From: Naegleria gruberi
Lineage: Eukaryota
Strand: one strand, 5' to 3'
Length of the DNA: 64,000 bases
Assembly (NCBI GenBank): GCA_000004985.1
Contig: GG738897.1
The position numbers were made by a program, and so were the translations under genes. The first letter of the stretch is position 1. Each line of letters starts with the position of its first letter. Below the pieces are notes generated by a model. It made no database searches. It was not told the origin of the DNA and saw only the letters and a program-made list of their open reading frames with translations. Positions 40,847-52,327 of the stretch are shown one piece after another.

Positions 40847-43419
40847 ATGAGTATCACAACATCAACAGCCGAGTCCAAACATTTAAAAGCTGGACAACGG
40901 CTCAACATTATGAAGGAAATTCTCGACACGGAAAAGAATTACATTGAAGAATTGGATGTATGTAATATTAAACAGTAATGTAAATTAAATTGTTATATAT
41001 ATACACTGATGACTATTATGATAATTGAAAAGATTCTTGAAGATTTCTATGCAAAACCATTGAGGGAGTTAATTGGACAAAAACAAAAATTCATCACCAA
41101 AGAATTGCACAGTAAAATATTTAAAGGAGATTTGGTGATTATTAGAAAGACGAATGGAGAGTTGTATGGTGAATTGATTGAGAATTTTGAAATGGAAAGA
41201 GCAAACAAAGTTCGTAAGTGTTATTTTGAAAAAGATTGTTAAATACTTTACAATATTATAAATAATTAAACTTTACAATGATAGCAAACAAAACATTTGG
41301 ACAAATATTTCTTCAATATGCACCTTTTATCAAGGGATATACACGTTATTTTAATGAATTTGATAATATTAATGCAACATTGGAAGATATTCGAAAGAAT
41401 AATAAACCTCTCCAACAATGGATGGATGATCAGAGAAGAGAAGCCAAAAACAAACCATTGGGAGGATTATTAATTACTCCAATTCAAAGAGTACCAAGAT
41501 ATAAACTCCTACTTACAGAATTAGTGAGATATACATCACCTTACAATAAGGATTATTCAATGTTACAAAATGCATTAAAGGAAATTTCAGAAGTTGCAAC
41601 AGAGCTCAATAAGAAAATCACTGAAAATCAAAATAGAGGTCGTTTATATGCAATTGGTGATATGATAAAAGGAAGAGAAAGATTAATTGAATTGGAACCA
41701 AACAAACAAATTGTTAAACCTGGAAGAATGTTTTATCAGGAAGTTAATTTAACAGGTGTCTATAGCAAAAAGTTTAATGTTAATATTAACAATTGTACTT
41801 TATTGATTTTTAATAACATGTTTGTGTTGTGTAAGAATAATGATTCAACCAGAACAACAATGGCAGATATTGATGGAAGAGTAACCTATGATTATGAACA
41901 TTTGGAATTTATATTTGAACCTATTGTTTGTGAGGCACGTGTTATTGAAAAATCACCTGATTTATATCCATTCCCATGGATTATTGATATTCCAAGTGAA
42001 GAAGAGAATAGAATTGAAGAGGATGTTGCCACTACTGGAAGTAAACCAACAAGTTCAAGTGGACCACTTGTTGACTCGGAACCAAAGAGAACCAAACACA
42101 ATATCAATGAATTGTACATTTTCAAGAAACCACTCTTCCAATTGGTTTCTCAAAAGGATGTTTACACATTACAATTTAGTGGTGTTGAGGAAAAACTTGA
42201 TTGTTTGAAAGCAGTTCACGATGCCATTGATGAACAATACAAGGATTGTAAATTAAAGGACAAGGAAAATAGAAGATGTCCATTTTTGAATTACGAAAAG
42301 GAGAGAATTCAATTCTATTCGGAGAAGAAGGTTAATCCATTCCCTAAGGAACAAGTTGATGAATCAGATACAGTTGCTCAACTTTTCACAAATTATTCCT
42401 ACATGTTAGGAAAGGATTTACCAAAATCAAGCTCAAAGAAGAAACAAGAAGAAATGGCAAATATTGTTAATGAGAAAGTATTGGAAGAGCTGAGACAGAA
42501 ATTCAATTCCAAATGTATTGAAGAACAAGCTTTGGGTGCTTTCTATGCTACGTATGATTGTTGTGAAGCTGATGCATCTCAATTCCAATTGAATTTCCAT
42601 GTTGGTGACATTTTCATTTTATGGCAAAAGGTAAAGAAGGGTAAGAAATGGTTGCTGGTCCAGAAAACTGGTCTCAATTTCAGTCCAGTTAGAAAAATGC
42701 AACTTCTCGATGAATTATTGCCAAATAATCTCAAAGATATGAAGAGTGTGATGAGAAAACAAAATCTTGCAAAGAAGAAGAAACCAAAAACACCAAAACA
42801 AGTAATTGCCATCACTGATCATTATTGTAAAATAGAAAAAGAAATGGAAGCTGACAAATTATATGAAGAAATTGCTTTGGAATTGAACTTTTTATCACTT
42901 TTGTCTGAAACAAGCTTTGGAGTTTCCGCAAAGAAATCATCAGAAAGGGATAAGAATGAATATAAGAATCAAATCAGAAAATCAGTTCATCCAAGTTTAT
43001 TAGGAGCAAAGAAGGATGAATACAAGCAAAACCCAGAAACTGTATTTTTCAAGAATATATTCAATGTGAGCGCAGATAGAAATCAGGTTGGTATTGTCCC
43101 AACTAAGGTTCTATCTGAGCTACCAAATCAAACCTTCAAAACTCTCATTACACTCATGGAAAAGAGAGATGCACTCGAAGAGAAGAAGATTAGAAATTTC
43201 ACAGTTTCTAAAAAGGGTCCAACAACAACAACAATTGGAGCAGGTAATAGCACACCTTCCACTTTGAGTACAGGCAATTCCAATAGTAAGACCAATTCTT
43301 CCAATAATACCCCAACTTCACCTTCTACCACTACTGAACAAGTTTCTCAAAGTGTTGATAATTTACAAACAGAAGGAAAGAGAAATAGACTCTTCTCCAT
43401 ATTTACAAAGAATAAATAA
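40847..43419 (+). CDS. Rho guanine-nucleotide exchange factor (DH domain, followed by PH-like region and Ser/Thr/Asn-rich tail), three exons.
   Basis: Exon 1 (~40847-40957) MSITTSTAESKHLKAGQRLNIMKEILDTEKNYIEELD (start of the DH domain, E.L.TE..YV..L) ends in a GTATGT donor. The middle exon (~41009-41213) is ...ILEDFYAKPLRELIGQKQKFITKELHSKIF... with a GTAAGT donor. The last exon (41278..43419 region) is QIFLQYAPFIKGYTRYFNEFDNINATLEDIRKNNKPLQQWMDDQRREAKNKPLGGLLITPIQRVPRYKLLLTELVRYT, the DH-domain core (L...LI.P.QR.PRY.LLL.EL). Exon boundaries are approximate. Confidence 0.7.
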
Positions 43420-43515
43420 TCATCTCTAATAGATTGATTTCATAAAAACTCAAATAAAACTTCAATTTCTCAATGCTAAACGCTGCCAATTTTTAAATTA
43501 GAAATTCAAAAAAAA

Positions 43516-44682
43516 ATGGGAAGAAAAACAAAAGGATTTGATGATGACGGTTACTACAATAATAAAGAAAAAGCTGGTGGTAGTGCTGGTAAAGCATTAA
43601 AAGGAGTTTTTAATAAGAGAGGATCAAATCATAGAGGATATAAAGCCGGAGGATATGGTGGATATTACAAGGCTATGGAAATGCTCGATAATGAATCATC
43701 TATGGAAATGGAAAGAAAGAAAAAACCAATAGAAGATTCTGAAGAGGAGGAAGAAGAGGAGAAAGAAGAAAAGGAAGAAGAAAAATCTGAAGAAGAGGAA
43801 GAAGAATCCGAAGAAGAAGAGGAAGAAGAAAAATCGGAAAAGCCTAAAATTGATGATGGTGAATTCCAACCTCAAAGAGTACAAAAAACTAAAAAGCAAA
43901 TGCGTTTAGAAAGATTAGCACAAAGAAAATCAGAGAAGGAAAAGGAAAAACCCGAAGTTAAAAAAGAAGCACCTAAAAAGAAGACAAATTTCCCTATTGA
44001 TTTAGCAATGTGGGATTTCCAACAATGTGATTCAAAGAGATGTACAGGTAAAAAGTTAGAAAGAATGAGAATGTTGAGATCATTACCTGTCTCTTGTCAC
44101 TTTAGAGGAGTTGTTCTTACACCACAAGGTAAACAATCAGTTTCAGCAGCAGATAGAGAAGTTGTTAAAGAACATGGTGCATGTGTTGTGGATTGTTCAT
44201 GGAATTGTTTAGATATGGTACCATTCCATAAATTGAAATCACCAAATAATAGATTATTACCTTACCTTGTTGCTGCCAATCCTGTAAATTATGGTAGACC
44301 ATTGAAATTAAGCTGTGCTGAAGCTCTTGCTGGAACTATGTATATTTGTGGATTGAAAGAAGAAGCTAAAGCTCTTTTAGCAAAATTCAAATGGGGACAT
44401 TCATTTATTGAACTCAATTATGATTTATTAGAAGCTTATTCACAGTGTAAGAATAGTGCAGAAGTTGTCGCCGTTCAACAAGATTATATTACAAAATTAG
44501 AAAAGGAAGCTAGTTCAAAAGAAAAGAGTGATTCTTCAGGAAATATTGTTTCTGCTGATGATTTATATGGCGAATATTTTACAAAAGATGATGAAAATGA
44601 AGAAGAAGGTGTTGAAGATGATTTGGTAGAACCACTTTCTGATGAAGAAGAGGAAGATGATGACGATGAAGAAGAAGAATAA
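43516..44682 (+). CDS. TSR3: Tsr3-like 18S rRNA aminocarboxypropyltransferase (DUF367/RLI-N family) with long acidic N-terminal extension.
   Basis: The C-terminal half reads FPIDLAMWDFQQCDSKRCTGKKLERMRMLRSL.....GVVLTPQGKQSVSAADREVVKEHGACVVDCSWNCLD...LLPYLVAANPVNYGRPLKLSCAEALAGTMYICGLKEEAKALLAKFKWGHSFIELNYDLLEAYSQC. This matches the Tsr3 core (MWDF.QCD.KRC.G.KL...NPVNYG...L.C.EA.AA..YI.G....A..L...F.WG..F..LN..LL..Y..C). The N-terminal ~150 aa are poly-Glu/Lys, encoded by GAA/GAG repeats. Confidence 0.75.
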   Translation: MGRKTKGFDDDGYYNNKEKAGGSAGKALKGVFNKRGSNHRGYKAGGYGGYYKAMEMLDNESSMEMERKKKPIEDSEEEEEEEKEEKEEEKSEEEEEESEEEEEEEKSEKPKIDDGEFQPQRVQKTKKQMRLERLAQRKSEKEKEKPEVKKEAPKKKTNFPIDLAMWDFQQCDSKRCTGKKLERMRMLRSLPVSCHFRGVVLTPQGKQSVSAADREVVKEHGACVVDCSWNCLDMVPFHKLKSPNNRLLPYLVAANPVNYGRPLKLSCAEALAGTMYICGLKEEAKALLAKFKWGHSFIELNYDLLEAYSQCKNSAEVVAVQQDYITKLEKEASSKEKSDSSGNIVSADDLYGEYFTKDDENEEEGVEDDLVEPLSDEEEEDDDDEEEE

Positions 44683-44815
44683 ATTATTATAAACAAAATA
44701 AGATCCAATGAAGAAAATTATTTATCGTTGTTATCTTTGTGTTTTTCTTGTAATTTCTTGGTAATTGGTTCTATGGCTTGATGGAAAATCAAATTAAATT
44801 TTTTTCCAGTAAAAA

Positions 44816-46451
44816 ATGAACAAACGTCGAAGCACCTCTTCCGTTGGATCATCAACAGCCTCTTCTTCATCATCAATGAGTGTCGTGCAACAAAGAGGCT
44901 TTAATTTATATGATGGTTCAACTAATCACAGTACAGCTAGCAGTACAACACTTTCATCAAATTCTGTTAGTCAGAGCATGTTTCCAGGACAAACACCTCT
45001 TCTTTTTCCACCACAACAACAAAACCTTCAACAACAACAACAAGTGTTAATAACTGCTACAAAGACTGGACACTTGTGTACGGAACAAGAAGAGGAAACT
45101 AGATTGCAATATCTCTTTCAAAAATACTATAATCTTGAGAAGAGACACCGAATTGAAATGCAGTGGTATGGGCATCCAATCAGGTATGTAAATTTTGTGC
45201 GATCAAGCATGCTAAATAATTTTACCACATGATAACAGTAATAATAATAACTGTCCAGCTATGGTTGATATTTTGGTGACTAGTAGAAAGTTGAAAAACG
45301 AAGAAACCTCACCAACAGAAGTACTATTCAAAACACATTCATACGAAATTAAATTAATACCGAATGAGTATTTCTTTGAGTGGAATGGTGGAAAAAAGAG
45401 TGGATATAATGTTGAACTTAAATTATTTAAAAAAGCTGTTAGTGGAAAAAAGAAGAAAGGAGAGGAATCACAAGAAGTATATAATGAACACACTGATTGT
45501 GGTGTTCCATTGATTAGTTATACATATACAGAGGATGTGTTCACAAATTCTTGGATTTTGAACTTGATATGGCCAGATGAAAAAACTAAAACATCCTTCA
45601 GAGGAGACTTTTACTTTTCAATTTCTGTTTATAGAAAAATTGATGAAGATACATTTAGAAGACTTTTCACAAGAGTTTCAAGTAGATTTAAGATTGTATC
45701 AAAACCTGGTGTATATTTAAGTAAGAAGAGAAAAAAGTCTGAGGAAGATGAAGAAGTTTCCAATGAAGTACCAAGCTCTAAGAAACTTCAACCACCACAA
45801 AAGGTCATTCCTCCAAATTCATCATCAAGTGCCACCTCAACTTTATTACTTCCAAGCTTAGAAGCTACTCCAATGCCAACTTCCAATTCAAACCTAAATA
45901 CTATTTTCACAAATACTGTACATGATGCATCATTATTCCTTCCTCTTCCACAAACAATCAAGCAACAACCATTATCTCAATTATCTACACAAGAGAATCT
46001 CCTATCTGATAATCAATTCTTTGCAGAAATGGACTCTAATAGAAATTTGATGCAACCACCAATAACCAATGAATCTACCAAGTCTGTGGATACATCTTTA
46101 AAGATTGATAACTCCCAGCTGAAGCCATCCTTTGATAATTTATTCTTTTCACAAGCTTCTCAACCATTCCTTTCATTTTCTCTTATTGAACCAACTCCAA
46201 AACCATCATCAGAAGAAATTAATCCATTCTCACCAATAACACCTCATACACCATCAACACCAAATGGTATTTTTGGAGAACATCAACAAAATCCTCAAAA
46301 AGGTGTGTTGACACTCAATTTTTCACAAGAGGGAGCAACTGAAAATGATTGGTGGTTCTACAATACTTCTCAATTACCAGAGAAAGAAGCTCAAACCAAT
46401 GATGATTTCTATCACAAAATGTTGGAAGATACTAATAATAGGAAAGTGTAA
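44816..46451 (+). CDS. Uncharacterised Ser/Gln/Pro-rich protein, two exons.
   Basis: ORF 44816..45232 ends ...MQWYGHPIR at a GTATGT donor (~45186). A ~60-nt intron ends at cag (~45256). It joins in frame to ORF 45261..46451 (...VDILVTSRKLKNEETSPTEVLFKTHSYEIKLIPNEYFFEWNGGKKSGYNVELKLF...). It has a poly-Q tract and a long S/T/P-rich C-terminus. No domain recognised. Confidence 0.4.
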
Positions 46452-46500
46452 ATTTGAATTTATTAAATAATTATGATGACTAACAAGTGTGTTTTGAAAG

Positions 46501-47703
46501 TCAAAGGTTAAAATCCTCTACAATTATTGTGCAGGCAGGATCTAATGTAGAATCACTAACATGACTCAACGAAATTAGAGTTGCAGTATTAGTATTAACA
46601 CTGCCAGTTAACTCTTCGTCTATTGATTGTCTATTAGAGGAATCAGTAATGCAATCAAAATTGTCTAATGAATTCTTAATCATTTGACTAGTGCATTTAG
46701 ATTCTCTCCAAGTACGGTATTCTTTAGTTTGTATAAATCTGGAAAAGGAATCAAAAAGATTTGTACAAACATCTCTTTTCAAAAATTCCAAAACTGTTTT
46801 GGAAGTTTCAACATCAATCTTCTTTGAAAATCTTTCTCTTTCAACAAGTTTTCTACTTGAATGGGAAACATTCACCTCTTTATCACTTGAACTACTAAGA
46901 AATCTATCATGAATTGATTTGATATGTTTACTTCTCTTACTTGATGAAATATTTGACAAGCGTTGTTCAAGTATTTCTAATTCTTTAAATAATTCAATAT
47001 TTTCAGTACATAATTGTTGTTCACAAAACTCATAAAACAATTGCATTCCACTTGGATCTCTCAAAAGTGCAATTATTTCTTGTATATTAATTGATGGATT
47101 TAAACTATTGAAAATATCTTCGTCTTCGTTAGAGGATGAGGATAAGATTGGTGATGTTGAAACTGATGATGTTAGTGATGATTTGTTTGGTGATAATTGT
47201 AATAATCTCTTATGTTTTGGAATGGTAGTTGAACTTGGAGAAAGTGAAACTGATTTACGGTCATTAAGTATATTTTTGCTGTTTGGCATATTGACAAGTG
47301 AAAATCTTTTTTCTTGACTGTTAGATTGATCATTAGAATGTTTGTTGGAAGAATTAATGTCGTTCGGATGACGTTGTTTCTTATCCTTTGTTGGTGTGCC
47401 CAAAGACACTGTAAATCTCTTATTAGAAGAAGCAGAAGAATTCGGTGATGATGAATTATTATTGTTGGTACTAGTAATAATACTTGATGAAGTTATTGTC
47501 AAATGTGTTGGAAGATGTGAATTGGTAAGACTCTTACGATCACCACTACCTCCAACCATCATCAAACGACCAAGACTATTTCTATTAGTAGTCGTAGATT
47601 TAGATTCATCAATAGTGGATTCAAAATCATCGGCATATTCATTCGAATGTCCATACAGAACTGAATGACGTTTCAGGGAGGATTTCTGTTGATTATTTCC
47701 CAT
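46501..47703 (-). CDS. RGS-domain protein (regulator of G-protein signalling) with N-terminal myristoylation-type start (MGNNQQKS).
   Basis: From the first ATG the protein starts MGNNQQKSSLKR (Gly2, Ser6 = N-myristoylation consensus). The C-terminal region SGMQLFYEFCEQQLCTENIELFKELEIL...SIHDRFLSSSSDKEVNVSHSSRKLVERE...VLEFLKRDVCTNLFDSFSRFIQTKEY matches the RGS box (F..FL..EFSEENLEFW..VE.....). The middle is Ser/Asn/Thr low complexity. Confidence 0.65.
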   Translation of the reverse strand: MGNNQQKSSLKRHSVLYGHSNEYADDFESTIDESKSTTTNRNSLGRLMMVGGSGDRKSLTNSHLPTHLTITSSSIITSTNNNNSSSPNSSASSNKRFTVSLGTPTKDKKQRHPNDINSSNKHSNDQSNSQEKRFSLVNMPNSKNILNDRKSVSLSPSSTTIPKHKRLLQLSPNKSSLTSSVSTSPILSSSSNEDEDIFNSLNPSINIQEIIALLRDPSGMQLFYEFCEQQLCTENIELFKELEILEQRLSNISSSKRSKHIKSIHDRFLSSSSDKEVNVSHSSRKLVERERFSKKIDVETSKTVLEFLKRDVCTNLFDSFSRFIQTKEYRTWRESKCTSQMIKNSLDNFDCITDSSNRQSIDEELTGSVNTNTATLISLSHVSDSTLDPACTIIVEDFNL

Positions 47704-48130
47704 TGTATATATATTGATCAAAATTGTTTTAAAGGTATGTAGTTGATGCAGATGATTGAATCCAACTCCTAACGACTGAGATCTTGAATATCACACAACA
47801 CTTCGTTTCTTTTTTTTTCGAACGCACCATTCACCAACAGGCAATTAAATATTTGATTGATGTCCTCTTTTTTTGATGCGAAACTAAAAGGCCTTAAGGC
47901 ACTCACGGTCTGTTGGTTTTTGGTGCTGATTACTCAATCATCACCTTAATTGGCACAAATTGTTTGTCATTTCTTAGATTACCATCTTTGAAATTAAGAC
48001 ACTCTCTGAATTTGTTTCTTTTCATTATACCCTCAATAATTTTTCAATGTAGTAATTAGTTTGGCAAGATTAAACACGAATGTGAAAATGTCTTTTTCTT
48101 TTTAACTTTTTTATTCGTGAATTTGATATC

Positions 48131-49717
48131 TTACATCAGCTCATCTTTAATGATATGAACGATGGATTGAATCCACGAATTCAAAATTTGAGGAAGTGTT
48201 ATTGAGGAATGTAAATTCTGAAAAGGTATATTATCAATACTTTTTCCAATACCAAACAATGCTTTACCTCCAATTAAATTATTAAAATATCTTCGTATAT
48301 TTACAAATAAACTATTCTTTTCTGTTGCATAATTATTTTTAAATGTTATCGAACATGGAAGAATATTTAAATCCTCTACAAGTACATCAATATTTAAATT
48401 TGGGAGTGTTATAGTTCCCTTTTCTCTTGGATGTACAATAAATATTACTGTATATACTGTATCAGATTGTTTTTCTACCTTAATTAGAGGTAGATCTACA
48501 ATGTTACATGTTAGAGAGGGTAATTCATCCAATTTTACCTCATTTATCAAACTTCGTTTTATAATATCTATAGCTGCAAGTCTCTTTTTAGGATTTGGTG
48601 GTAAATTCAGTATAGTATCTCTCTTCTTAGTCGAGGGTATTAAATCAAAACAATTTAAATCTCCTACAATTGAATTTGATGAAATTAAATATGAAAATCC
48701 TAAATTTTCAGTCAATATTTCAATACCAGCTTGAAGTTCCTTTTCTGGTAATTTCAGAATATCAAAATCTTGATCAAATTGAATTTTAAATTTCTTCTTT
48801 AAACCTTCTTTCAGAGAAGAAATAAATTTCATATGACCCTCGTTAGGTTTAAAAGTAGTTTTTTTTTCAGGAGTATTAAACAAATTGAGTAAAAATTCTA
48901 AATGTTTGGCATTTTCATTTTGTTTTGTACAGTCAATAGTTAATTTTTCATATTCATTCGATCCTTTTGGAAATTTATCCAATTTTAATTTACTTTCCTC
49001 AAGCCTTTTTTGTAAGGGTGTCAAAACTTCTGCTCTAATAAAATCTGCATGTTTTTTCAATTGTTCATAAACTTTCCAATATACAGCTGTAAAATCCTCG
49101 GTGCTATTATTTTGTAAATTATTGGAAGCAATATTACTCGTTCCAATATTAGATTTAGTATTAATACAATCAAACAATTCCTTTTGAATATTTTCTAATG
49201 TATAAGATGCTGGTTTATAATTTGTAAATATCAATTTTGCTATTGAACTTAGAAATACTTCTTTTGAAGAAGCCTTTTTCCAACCATCCACAATTTTCTC
49301 TAAAAAGTCCTTATTATCTTCTTGTGTAATATTAGCAATTTTAGATGCCAATGAAAATAATTCCTTTCTCTTCTCTCTATTAATTTCATCCCTCCATGAA
49401 GGTTCCGATGGTGCCTGTTGTTGTTGTTGTTGATGTGCTGATGTTATTTGATGTTGTTGTTGTTGTTGTTGTTGTAGCAGTGGATTAATACTACCTCCTG
49501 TAAGTATTTTAACAGGTTGTTTGTTATTCTTGAGTAACGACATCGGAGCAGTCCCACCTAATGGTAAGCCAATATTTGATGTCATAATATTCGGTGGAAC
49601 ACCAGCAACTAAAGTAGAAGAAGGAACCTTCGAAGTCATTGTCTGTATCGATGATGATAAAGGCTTGTTCGAGGTTGTTAAACCACCACCACCAGCTGCC
49701 GATGAAGAGGGTTTCAT
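48131..49717 (-). CDS. Uncharacterised protein with poly-Gln tracts (about 528 aa).
   Basis: ORF from the first ATG (the listed start at 49732 is TTG). The N-terminal third is Gln/Ser/Pro-rich, including QQQQQQHQITSAHQQQQQQ. The C-terminal 350 aa are non-repetitive and look globular. No motif assigned. Confidence 0.4.
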   Translation of the reverse strand: MKPSSSAAGGGGLTTSNKPLSSSIQTMTSKVPSSTLVAGVPPNIMTSNIGLPLGGTAPMSLLKNNKQPVKILTGGSINPLLQQQQQQQHQITSAHQQQQQQAPSEPSWRDEINREKRKELFSLASKIANITQEDNKDFLEKIVDGWKKASSKEVFLSSIAKLIFTNYKPASYTLENIQKELFDCINTKSNIGTSNIASNNLQNNSTEDFTAVYWKVYEQLKKHADFIRAEVLTPLQKRLEESKLKLDKFPKGSNEYEKLTIDCTKQNENAKHLEFLLNLFNTPEKKTTFKPNEGHMKFISSLKEGLKKKFKIQFDQDFDILKLPEKELQAGIEILTENLGFSYLISSNSIVGDLNCFDLIPSTKKRDTILNLPPNPKKRLAAIDIIKRSLINEVKLDELPSLTCNIVDLPLIKVEKQSDTVYTVIFIVHPREKGTITLPNLNIDVLVEDLNILPCSITFKNNYATEKNSLFVNIRRYFNNLIGGKALFGIGKSIDNIPFQNLHSSITLPQILNSWIQSIVHIIKDELM

Positions 49718-50170
49718 TTTTTCATCGAACAAATTTCAATGATAATTATTATTACGGAAAGTTATTTTGTTTTGGCTGCAATGTATTTCACTGTGGTGGA
49801 AGTTTTTTAGAGTGTGATGAGTCATCAAGGAAGATCACGTTATGTTCTTTAAAGTATCCTCCTGTGAATGTTAACAAACTCATTCAAGTGAAGGACAATT
49901 TTGGTGGGTGCGTAGTTTGGAAATTTTGAGAGACAATTTCAAAATTGAGATTCCATGCTTGCTTTTTGATTGCATCCCTTCCCCCTGAGACAAACCAAAA
50001 GATATATGTAAATCATTGATGAAGAGAATATATGATATTCTGGATTGGAAAATTAGATTATCAGAATGATGGTGATGATAATTAAACATAATAAAAAATG
50101 TCTGGAGTGGTATGTGTTTATATTTGATGATACTGATGATGTTGATCACAAAATCTCTTAGGAAGACTAC

Positions 50171-51011
50171 ATGTTAGATATTTATGATGATGTATTAAAA
50201 TCGAATGGAAATAACAATGCGAGTGGAAATGTTGATAGCACCACCACCAGTAGTAGTAGTAGCATTAATCAACAACAATCTAATAATTTATTGTACAAAA
50301 GTAATGATCAACAGAGAAGTGGTGTAGAATATCGATCACATTCGGAAAGTGTAAATAATTATGAAGATGAGGCTGATGCCACTTCATCTATTAAAATTAG
50401 TAATTTACAATGGGTAGGTGTTTAATGATCATTCAACATTATTAATGATTAAACATTATTTAAATATATTATAGTGGACAACAGATGAATTTATGGAAAA
50501 CATTTTACGAAAATACGGAATAATTAAAAGCCTAAAATTTGAAGAAGACAAGAATAATGGAAAGAGTAGAGGAATTATAAATTGTGAATTTGAGGATAAA
50601 TATCAAGCAATGAAGGCAAAGGAAGCAATGTTAGGAATGAAAATTCGTGGAAGTTTAATTCAAATAGAATATATTCAAAAAGGAGGAGCAGTACAACCAA
50701 GGTATACAAGTTCCTCTTCATTGGGAAGATCTTCTGAGAATGATCAAGAATCATCATCATCAAGGAATGATTATTATGATTCAGATAGAGATTCCAATAG
50801 AAATTCATCTGGAGGAAGAAATGATTCTGATAATAGAAAAAAGGGAAATAACAGTAGAAATGATTCTAGAAATGATTCCAGAAATGATTATTACAGATCT
50901 TTATCTAATAATTATGATAAGAAGAGAGATCGAAATAGTAGTGGAAATGGCAATAGATCTTCCTATGAATCATCAAGAAAGTCTCCAAGAAGATACAGAG
51001 ATTATAGATAA
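50171..51011 (+). CDS. SR-like RNA-binding protein: one RRM followed by Arg/Ser/Asp/Asn-rich tail. Two exons.
   Basis: Exon 1 ends ...SSIKISNLQW at a GTAGGT donor (~50413). The intron ends at ttatag (~50478). Exon 2 is WTTDEFMENILRKYGIIKSLKFEEDKNNGKSRGIINCEFEDKYQAMKAKEAMLGMKIRGSLIQIEY (RNP2 I.ISNL, RNP1-like KSRGIINCEF). The tail is ...SRNDSRNDSRNDYYRS...RKSPRRYRDYR. Confidence 0.55.
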
Positions 51012-51033
51012 AAATTTATTGAGCTATATAGGT

Positions 51034-51765
51034 TTAATCATTTCTCTTTCTCTTACCTGCCTTGTCAACAGATTCAACATTTTTATCAAAAGATTCCTTA
51101 GCTCTTTTTGTATTGAATTTAACTTTTCTAGCTTGTTTCTTCTTATATGCATGTCCAGGATTAGGTTGAGTATTTTTCTTAACAGTTGGTTGTGGAGTTG
51201 GTGTTTTCTTATCGTTTGAAGATTGAGGAAGTGTCTTCATCTTATTCTTTAAATGTTGTTGAATAACTTGAAGAGGATTGGATTGAAAAACTGGATGATT
51301 TAAAACATTTGTAAATTGTTCAATTTCATTCTTCATTTTCTTATTCTTCTTTGCAACTTCATTCGATTCCTTTTTAGGTTTTTCTGGTTTTTTCATATCT
51401 GATGTTTCTTCATTTTGTAAAAGTTTTGACATTGGATCAAAACTGAAAATTCCTTGTTGTTTTTGTTGTTGTTTCTTATTCTTATTCATTGATTCTTTAG
51501 TTTCCGTTATTCTTTGTAATAAACCTTTTCTTTTCTCAAATTTTTCTTGTTTTTTAAGAGTTTTTCTCTTTCTTCTTGATAATCCTCTTTCAAATTCCAA
51601 ACGATCAGTTGCTGTAATATTTTCATCAATTGTTGGTTCCGATATTGTTGTTGATGTTTCATCATTAACTGTTGGTTCTTCAGCTTTTTCTACAAGTGTA
51701 GAGTGAGAAGCATCATTACTATCTTCCACAAAACGTCTTCTCTTATTAATTGGTTGTTTAATCAT
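51034..51765 (-). CDS. Lys-rich basic protein (nucleolar/ribosome-biogenesis-like composition), function unknown.
   Basis: 243-aa ORF with KR-rich stretches (RRKRKTLKKQEKFEKRKGLLQ, KKNKKMKNE, KKQARKVKFNTKRAKESFDKNVESVDKAGKRKRND). No domain assigned. Confidence 0.4.
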   Translation of the reverse strand: MIKQPINKRRRFVEDSNDASHSTLVEKAEEPTVNDETSTTISEPTIDENITATDRLEFERGLSRRKRKTLKKQEKFEKRKGLLQRITETKESMNKNKKQQQKQQGIFSFDPMSKLLQNEETSDMKKPEKPKKESNEVAKKNKKMKNEIEQFTNVLNHPVFQSNPLQVIQQHLKNKMKTLPQSSNDKKTPTPQPTVKKNTQPNPGHAYKKKQARKVKFNTKRAKESFDKNVESVDKAGKRKRND

Positions 51766-51922
51766 TTTTTTTCAACTTGTTTTTTGAATTAAATATTCAA
51801 TAATAATTTTATAATATTATATTAAATATTATAAAATTATTATTACTAATAATAGTACTGGCTAGTATAATAAAAACTAGAAGAACATGAATAGCTGCTA
51901 ATAATTATTACAATATTTACAT

Positions 51923-52242
51923 TTAGTTTAATAATTTTAAATCTTCATCATCGGGAGCGAAGAGTGATTTTTTCTTCCATTTATCTCTTCTGGTCATATT
52001 TTCTGATAATTTTAAATTATGATCATATTCCCACTTCGGAACATGAGGTATTTTGAATTTTCTTAAAATGTAATAAAATACAATTTCACCAGATCGACTG
52101 TATTAACACATTTTAAATATTATTAAATTAATTATAATAAAACAACATACAATAAAAACCATCCCCAAATTAAAGTATTAAAAATAAATTTTGGAATGTC
52201 CAAAGATGATGAGGACGAATCTCTTACCATAAGAGAAGACAT
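51923..52242 (-). CDS. Candidate unannotated small two-exon gene encoding an ~87-aa protein with one transmembrane helix.
   Basis: Not in the ORF track (exons <60 aa). The minus strand reads ATG TCT TCT CTT ATG GTA AGA GAT...; exon 1 (MSSLMVRDSSSSLDIPKFIFNTLIWGWFL) ends at a GTATGT donor. An ~85-nt AT-rich intron ends at acag. Exon 2 is FRSGEIVFYYILRKFKIPHVPKWEYDHNLKLSENMTRRDKWKKKSLFAPDDEDLKLLN, with a stop near 51923. It resembles small single-pass mitochondrial membrane subunits, but I cannot assign it. Confidence 0.25.
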
Positions 52243-52327
52243 TTTTTACAATTTGAATTTAATCAATTATTAATTTTGAATTGTAAAAATGATTAAGAGA
52301 AATTTACTTGAGGATGATATTGGAATT

